Assembly (NCBI GenBank): GCA_013626165.1
Contig: NDHX01000002.1
Location: forward strand, 64,639-128,638
Origin: Candidatus Velesiimonas alkalicola
GTDB taxonomy: Bacteria; Omnitrophota; Gorgyraeia; Velesiimonadales; Velesiimonadaceae
Reading direction: 5' to 3'
Length of the DNA: 64,000 bases
The notes beneath the pieces were generated by a model. The model worked only from the letters and a program-made list of their open reading frames with translations, did no database searches and was not told where the DNA came from. Shown in pieces: positions 58,501 to 64,000 of the stretch (the first letter of the stretch is position 1; the number at the start of each line of letters is the position of its first letter). The position numbers and the translations under genes were made by a program.

Positions 58501-60129
58501 ATGGAGGATATAAAATATAATTTTTTAAAGTACCAGGATGAATTTAAGTATTTAGTGGAGCAATGGAAAGCAAAGGGTGATACACAAAAATTTTTTGATA
58601 AAGACCCTACATTGTGGAAAACAGAGCCTGAACATAAAAAAATTATAGAAAACAGATTAGGATGGCTTAATGCTCCCGAAGAATTTAAAAGCAGGATACA
58701 GGAGATAACAGGTTTTGTAAAAGAAATAAAAGCAGGCGGGTTTAAAGATATTGTGCTTCTCGGTATGGGAGGCTCAATCTTGTGTTCAGAAGTATTAAGA
58801 AAAACTTACCCTCACAAAAAATCTTTCCCCCGTCTTTATGTTCTTGATTCAACCGACCCTGAAACCATACTGAATATAGAAAAATCCGTTGATTTAAGAC
58901 ATACACTCTTTGTTGTAGCAAGCAAATCAGGGACAACCATTGAAGCGCTCTCTTATTTTAAGTATTTTTATAAAAAAATTTCATTTATAACCAGATGTGG
59001 ATTTAAAAATTTTTGTGCAATAACTGACCAGGGCACACCTCTTGAAAAAGATGCACAAAGGATTGGTTTTTGCAAGATATTTATAAACCCATCTGATATA
59101 GGAGGCAGGTACTCGGCACTTTCATTTTTTGGGCTTGTTCCAGCCGCACTTGCTGGTATTGATATTAAGAAAATGCTTGATGATGCAACAAATTTATTAG
59201 AGAAAAGCAAAAAAGAGCCGCTATACACACCTTTTGGATTAGGAATCTGTATCGGACTTTTTGCAACAAAAGGAAAAAACAAGATTACGATTATAACAGA
59301 CCCCAAAATAAAACATTTTGGTTTATGGCTTGAACAACTTATTGCAGAAAGTACAGGAAAAGAAGGAAAAGGTGTACTTCCGATTACTGATGAGCCTGTT
59401 ATGAAAACATATTCAGATGATAGGCTGTTCGTATACTTAAAGTGCGGAAAGTCTTGTATGAGAACAAAAGACTTAATTAAAAACCTTGTCCAACAAAAAA
59501 AACCGGTTATAGAAATTCAGACAAAAGACATAAAAAACATAGGAAGTGACATCATGGGCTGGGAAATCGCAACAGCAGTATGTGCCTCGGTAATGAACAT
59601 AAATCCCTTTGACGAACCTAATGTCCAAGAGAGCAAGGAAAATACAAAGATGCTTCTTGAAAATCCCAAACAAATGAAAGCACTGCACAAACCATTACTA
59701 AAACTGGATGAAGCCCAGATAAAAGAATTTCTAAAAGATTTAAAACCGCCTGAATATGTTGCAATATTATTTTATGGAGAGCCCCAACAGTATGCCTTTA
59801 AAAACTATGTCCAAAAGATAAGACAGGCAATATCTAAAAGTTATGCCGTTGCAACCATAGTAGGAATAGGTCCAAGATATCTTCATTCAACAGGCCAGAT
59901 ATTCAAAGGAGGACCAAAAGACTCAAGATTCATATTTATAACTACAAAAAGTAAGACAGACTGCAAAATTCCATCTTCTTCTTATACATTTAAAAAACTT
60001 CAAAGTGCCCAGGCAATAGGCGATATACAAGCAATCCTTAACAGAAAAAGAAAATGTATCTGGATTGAAATATCTGAGGAAGACGAATTAAAAAATTTTC
60101 TCAGCCTCATTAAAAACAGGGTAAGATAA
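58501..60129 (+). CDS. pgi: Glucose-6-phosphate isomerase (SIS fold)
   Basis: LLGMGGS, ASKSGTTIE, DIGGRYSALS, EQLIAESTGKEG, NPFDEPNVQESK; SD AGGAG. Confidence 0.9.
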   Translation: MEDIKYNFLKYQDEFKYLVEQWKAKGDTQKFFDKDPTLWKTEPEHKKIIENRLGWLNAPEEFKSRIQEITGFVKEIKAGGFKDIVLLGMGGSILCSEVLRKTYPHKKSFPRLYVLDSTDPETILNIEKSVDLRHTLFVVASKSGTTIEALSYFKYFYKKISFITRCGFKNFCAITDQGTPLEKDAQRIGFCKIFINPSDIGGRYSALSFFGLVPAALAGIDIKKMLDDATNLLEKSKKEPLYTPFGLGICIGLFATKGKNKITIITDPKIKHFGLWLEQLIAESTGKEGKGVLPITDEPVMKTYSDDRLFVYLKCGKSCMRTKDLIKNLVQQKKPVIEIQTKDIKNIGSDIMGWEIATAVCASVMNINPFDEPNVQESKENTKMLLENPKQMKALHKPLLKLDEAQIKEFLKDLKPPEYVAILFYGEPQQYAFKNYVQKIRQAISKSYAVATIVGIGPRYLHSTGQIFKGGPKDSRFIFITTKSKTDCKIPSSSYTFKKLQSAQAIGDIQAILNRKRKCIWIEISEEDELKNFLSLIKNRVR

Positions 60130-61475
60130 TGTATTCTGCAATAAATTCTGGCATATTTTTTATTTTAACATATCTTGTTTTACCCATCTCCACAATACAA
60201 ACTCTATGGCTTAAAAAAACAATAAAATTCCCCTTTCCAAATTTATTTTTAAGAACCGCCCTTGTTAACTATTCAGGGTATTTATTAACATTTCTCGTAT
60301 TATCGGCAATACCGCAAGGAATAATGGAATATAAATACTATGAGGCCTGGTCTGTTGCAGGACTTGTAGTGTGTGTCCCGCTTCTTGTCTTTTTAAGCAC
60401 ACCTGCAATTTTATTGTTATTTCCTTCTGCAAAACCTGTAAGGCAAAAATGGTTATATGCTTTGCAGATATCAATAAAAACCCAGCCCGTTTTTTGTATT
60501 ATCTGTGGTATCTTATTCCTGATATTTTTGTATGTGCTTTCCCCAAAATATCATCAGTCGTCTATAACTTTGGATTTAAACAAAATAATTATACATTCAA
60601 CTGATAAACAAAAAAAGGGCCTGGATTTTAGATTTTTATCATTAAAAGACAGAGGATTAAACATTGCTGATGAGCCTCATCTTATTGTATTGACACAAAA
60701 TCCTGATTTAATACAAAAACAGTCAATTATTGAAAACTTTAAAAAAGTGTTTTCAAAAGAGATTGAAAAGAAATGGTCAATAACCGACCTGTATCTTTCA
60801 GATGATGGAATAATGCTTGCGGTTATCCGTTCGCAGTATTATGATTCTATTGCATACATAGATATTATAAACTCATATGTTCTTTCGGTACATCATTCAA
60901 AAAATAACGAAAGGATATTTTACCCAAGATTATCTGATGATAAAGAAAGCATTGCATTTATCCAGGCAGATGAGACTTCAAAAAAAGGCATAATATATGT
61001 AATAAGAAGAGGAACAGGCGGAAAAAAATTAAAGGTATATGGAAAACCTGTTTCACTGCAGGGACTTTATTTTGGGCCTGAGAAAGAACAGATTACATTT
61101 GTAGACCTGCAGAACAGAATAAGAACAGTAAGATTTTTTGCAAAAAAATCAGAAATACTTTTTGAGGGTAGGTATCCGCTCTGGTCAAAAGATTATCAAC
61201 ATATTTTATTTTGTGGGACAGATAATAAACCATATATTCATAATATGGGAAAAAATAAAAAAACAAGAATAAACCTACCAGGGTATACAGGTGGAGTATT
61301 CATAGCCCTGACAGATGGCTACATAATGTATAGGGGATATTCTTCTTATATTGCAAAAAAATATAACAATGTAAGTCTTTTCCACCCGCGGCAAAAAAAG
61401 ATGTTCTTCCTTGCCTCTGATACAACCCTGCCCTTGAGTTTCTGGGGCGGTAAAATATCTCCAAAAGAAAAGTAA
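60129..61475 (+). CDS. Membrane protein (about 4 TM) with a possible TolB/PD40-like C-terminal domain
   Basis: Hydrophobic N-terminal helices; PRLSDD..SIAF and PLWSKD..ILF segments. Confidence 0.55.
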   Translation: MYSAINSGIFFILTYLVLPISTIQTLWLKKTIKFPFPNLFLRTALVNYSGYLLTFLVLSAIPQGIMEYKYYEAWSVAGLVVCVPLLVFLSTPAILLLFPSAKPVRQKWLYALQISIKTQPVFCIICGILFLIFLYVLSPKYHQSSITLDLNKIIIHSTDKQKKGLDFRFLSLKDRGLNIADEPHLIVLTQNPDLIQKQSIIENFKKVFSKEIEKKWSITDLYLSDDGIMLAVIRSQYYDSIAYIDIINSYVLSVHHSKNNERIFYPRLSDDKESIAFIQADETSKKGIIYVIRRGTGGKKLKVYGKPVSLQGLYFGPEKEQITFVDLQNRIRTVRFFAKKSEILFEGRYPLWSKDYQHILFCGTDNKPYIHNMGKNKKTRINLPGYTGGVFIALTDGYIMYRGYSSYIAKKYNNVSLFHPRQKKMFFLASDTTLPLSFWGGKISPKEK

Positions 61476-61649
61476 AAAATATTATCTGTTATTATATAAT
61501 TATCCTGTTGACACCCAATAACAAATGTGCAGATATTTTACTAAAAAGGTATCAACCCCATTAGAGATAAAAAACTTCTACACAGGGTAAGACATCTCTA
61601 TCCTGCTTAAACCTTGAAACCTTAAACTAAAATCCATTGCTCAAAGATA

Positions 61650-63023
61650 CTACAACTGACAAATATATTTATGTATGGATAATGCCGCTTTTTTACCCGC
61701 ACCCATTGCCTCAATAACTGTTGCGGCACCTGTAACAATATCTCCGCCTGCAAATATGTCCATAACAGATGACCGCTGGTCAGAATCTGTTTCTATATAA
61801 CCATTCTTGTTAAGTTTCAATCCTTCTATTGTTTCTAAAAGAAGCGGATTTGGCCCCTGCCCTATTGCAACAATCGCCAGGTCAACAGGCAATTCAAACT
61901 CAGAATCTTTTACAGGGACAGGCCTTCTCCTTCCACTTGAATCCGGTTCTCCAAGTCTATTCTTGATGCATAGCATAGACTTTATAGTACCTTTTTCGCT
62001 CCCTGTAAATTTAACAGGGTTTGTTAAAAATATAAATTTAATCCCCTCTTCTTTTGCATTAGCCACTTCTTCTTTCCTTGCAGGAAGCTCTTCATCTCCT
62101 CTTCTGTAGACTATTGCGACCTGTTTTGCACCCAACCGTAAGGCAGACCTTGCGCTGTCTACTGCAACATTCCCTCCACCTATAACTGCAACCTTTTCCC
62201 CTATTTCAACCGGTGTATCATATTCAGGGAATTTGTAGGCTTTCATAAGATTAACTCGGGTAAGAAATTCATTTGCAGAATATACACCATTTAAATTTTC
62301 GCCCTCTACACCTAAAAAATACGGAAGCCCTGCTCCTGCTCCTATAAAAAATGCCTTAAAACCCTCTTTTCTTAACTCTTCAATACTAACAGTTTTCCCT
62401 ACAATAACATTGACCTCTATTTGGACACCCAAACTTTGGACATAGTCTACCTCTTTCTCCACAATTGCCTTAGGCAATCTGAATTCAGGTATACCATACT
62501 GAAGAACTCCTCCTACTTTGTGAAGAGACTCAAAAATTGTAACATTATAACCCATTTTTGCAAGGTCTGCCGCGCAGGTAAGCCCTGCAGGACCTGAGCC
62601 GATTATTCCAATCTTTATATTATTTTTTTCCCCTTGATTTTGGACATCTTCACTGTTTTCTTCTCCATAATCTGCTGCTGCACGCTCTAAGGTTCCTATA
62701 TCAATGGGTTCGCTTTTCTTGGCCAGCACACAAAGAGCCTCACACTGGGTCTCCTGCGGACACACCCTTCCGCACGCTGCAGGAAGGTTATTCTTTTCTC
62801 TTATTTTATCTAAAGCTTCTTTAAATTTTCCTTCTTTTATCAATTGAATAAAAGACGGAATATCTATAAATACAGGACATCCTTCTACACATTTAGGCTT
62901 TGGACAATTAAGACATCTTTTTGCTTCCTTTATTGCATCTTCTACCGAGTACCCAAGCGCAACTTCTTCAAAGTTTTTTATACGCCTGTCTGCTTCTTGT
63001 TTCCTGATTTGAATCCCCTCCAT
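61650..63023 (-). CDS. NfnB/SudA (GltD-like) NADPH-dependent FAD and Fe-S subunit
   Basis: RCLNCPKPKCVEGCPV, CGRVCPQETQCE, GSGPAG, YGIPEFRLPK, GGGNVAVD, AGGDIVTGAATV. Confidence 0.92.
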   Translation of the reverse strand: MEGIQIRKQEADRRIKNFEEVALGYSVEDAIKEAKRCLNCPKPKCVEGCPVFIDIPSFIQLIKEGKFKEALDKIREKNNLPAACGRVCPQETQCEALCVLAKKSEPIDIGTLERAAADYGEENSEDVQNQGEKNNIKIGIIGSGPAGLTCAADLAKMGYNVTIFESLHKVGGVLQYGIPEFRLPKAIVEKEVDYVQSLGVQIEVNVIVGKTVSIEELRKEGFKAFFIGAGAGLPYFLGVEGENLNGVYSANEFLTRVNLMKAYKFPEYDTPVEIGEKVAVIGGGNVAVDSARSALRLGAKQVAIVYRRGDEELPARKEEVANAKEEGIKFIFLTNPVKFTGSEKGTIKSMLCIKNRLGEPDSSGRRRPVPVKDSEFELPVDLAIVAIGQGPNPLLLETIEGLKLNKNGYIETDSDQRSSVMDIFAGGDIVTGAATVIEAMGAGKKAALSIHKYICQL

Positions 63024-63033
63024 ACCAAGTATC

Positions 63034-63999
63034 CTAATACCCTACCACTGCACTCATATGAGGACCACCTGATACCTCAAGCATCTTTTGAAGTGAACGA
63101 AGCGCTTTAATTCTTATATCTTCTGGAACTTTCACCTCATACACCATATATTCAAGTGAATGGGCAATCCATCCTAATGTTATAAGTTTCATACTTGGAC
63201 ACAAGAGATTTTCTGTTGCAACAAAAAATTCCTTATCAGGATTTTCCTTTTTCAAACGATAAAGCATGCCTATCTCGGTACCTATAATAAATTTTTTACT
63301 GTTTGATACTTTAACATATTTAAACATACCACCTGTTGAACATATATGGTCAGCAAGGATAGTTACCTGAGGCGAACATTCCGGATGCACAACAACCTCA
63401 GCACCGGGATGGACCTTCTTCATTTCAACTATATCATCTTCCTGTACTCTTATATGCGTAGGGCAAAACCCTTTCCACAGTATTATCTGTTTTTCTGGAA
63501 CCTGTGCTTGAACATATCTTCCAAGATTCCTATCGGGAATAAATATTATTTTTTCCTCCTTTAATGACCTCACAACTTCAATTGCGTTGCTGGATGTGCA
63601 ACATATATCGCTTTCTGCTTTTACCCTTGCAGAAGAGTTAACATAGCATGCAACTGCTGCATCTGGATATTGTTGTCTATAATTTTTAAGTTTCTCAACG
63701 GTTACCATATCTGCCAGAGGACACCCTGCTTCTTTTACAGGAAGAAGAACCACCCTTTTAGGATTTAAAATAGATGCGGTCTCTGCCATAAAGTTAACCC
63801 CACAGAATACAATCGCATCTGCATCTGTTCTAATAGCAGCCTTGCTAAGTTCAAGGCTATCCCCGCTGATATCGGCAATATCCTGAACCTCTTCTCTTTG
63901 ATAATTATGAACTATTATAACGGCATTTCTTTTTTTTTTAAGCTCATTTATTTTCTTTTTAAGTTGTTCAATATAAACTATATCATTCTTAATCTCACT
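63034..63999 (-). CDS. nadA: Quinolinate synthase (5' end beyond the window)
   Basis: Frame open to the window edge: HNYQ, GDSLEL, FCGVNFMAE, AGCPLA, YVNS, HPEC, CPSMK. Confidence 0.95.
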   Translation of the reverse strand, partial: SEIKNDIVYIEQLKKKINELKKKRNAVIIVHNYQREEVQDIADISGDSLELSKAAIRTDADAIVFCGVNFMAETASILNPKRVVLLPVKEAGCPLADMVTVEKLKNYRQQYPDAAVACYVNSSARVKAESDICCTSSNAIEVVRSLKEEKIIFIPDRNLGRYVQAQVPEKQIILWKGFCPTHIRVQEDDIVEMKKVHPGAEVVVHPECSPQVTILADHICSTGGMFKYVKVSNSKKFIIGTEIGMLYRLKKENPDKEFFVATENLLCPSMKLITLGWIAHSLEYMVYEVKVPEDIRIKALRSLQKMLEVSGGPHMSAVVGY

Positions 64000-64000
64000 G

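Overview
AT-rich chromosomal window from an anaerobic diderm bacterium (lpxB, [FeFe]-hydrogenases, Nfn-type transhydrogenase subunits, AcsE-like methyltransferase). The lineage cannot be fixed from sequence alone. The backbone is mostly minus-strand housekeeping genes: alr, lpxB, bioB, thi4, secA, tsaD, ctpA, rsmA, pdxA, tRNA-Ile2, pyrRBC, ahcY, metK, rny, pgi and nadA. An accessory block at about 13.5-35.1 kb holds four parts. (i) An AmmeMemoRadiSam locus in which five genes encode N-terminal export or membrane signals, with an M16 peptidase pair, a PflX-like radical SAM enzyme and a decayed SagB-type gene. (ii) An inverted-repeat-flanked GxxExxY gene. (iii) A hydrogenase operon with a HydA-Trx-HydC fusion and an hfs-like sensory module. 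(iv) A Clostridia-like adhE block. The strongest sequence-level finding is an intact IS110-family element (33600-34922) inserted in the adhE Shine-Dalgarno sequence. Its ends rebuild a TTGACT-17-TATGAT promoter on circularisation. Its 5' non-coding region folds into a two-loop bridge-RNA-like structure whose loops match the target (AAGGAGA) and the donor (ATAGGAG), and its right end regenerates the SD it interrupts. Other notable items are an integrase-less integron remnant (Pc, attI, hicAB cassette, half attC), a type II R-M pair splitting pyrB from pyrC, and several short palindromic elements, some apparently inserted in-frame inside genes. All calls rest on manual motif reading; no database searches were run.
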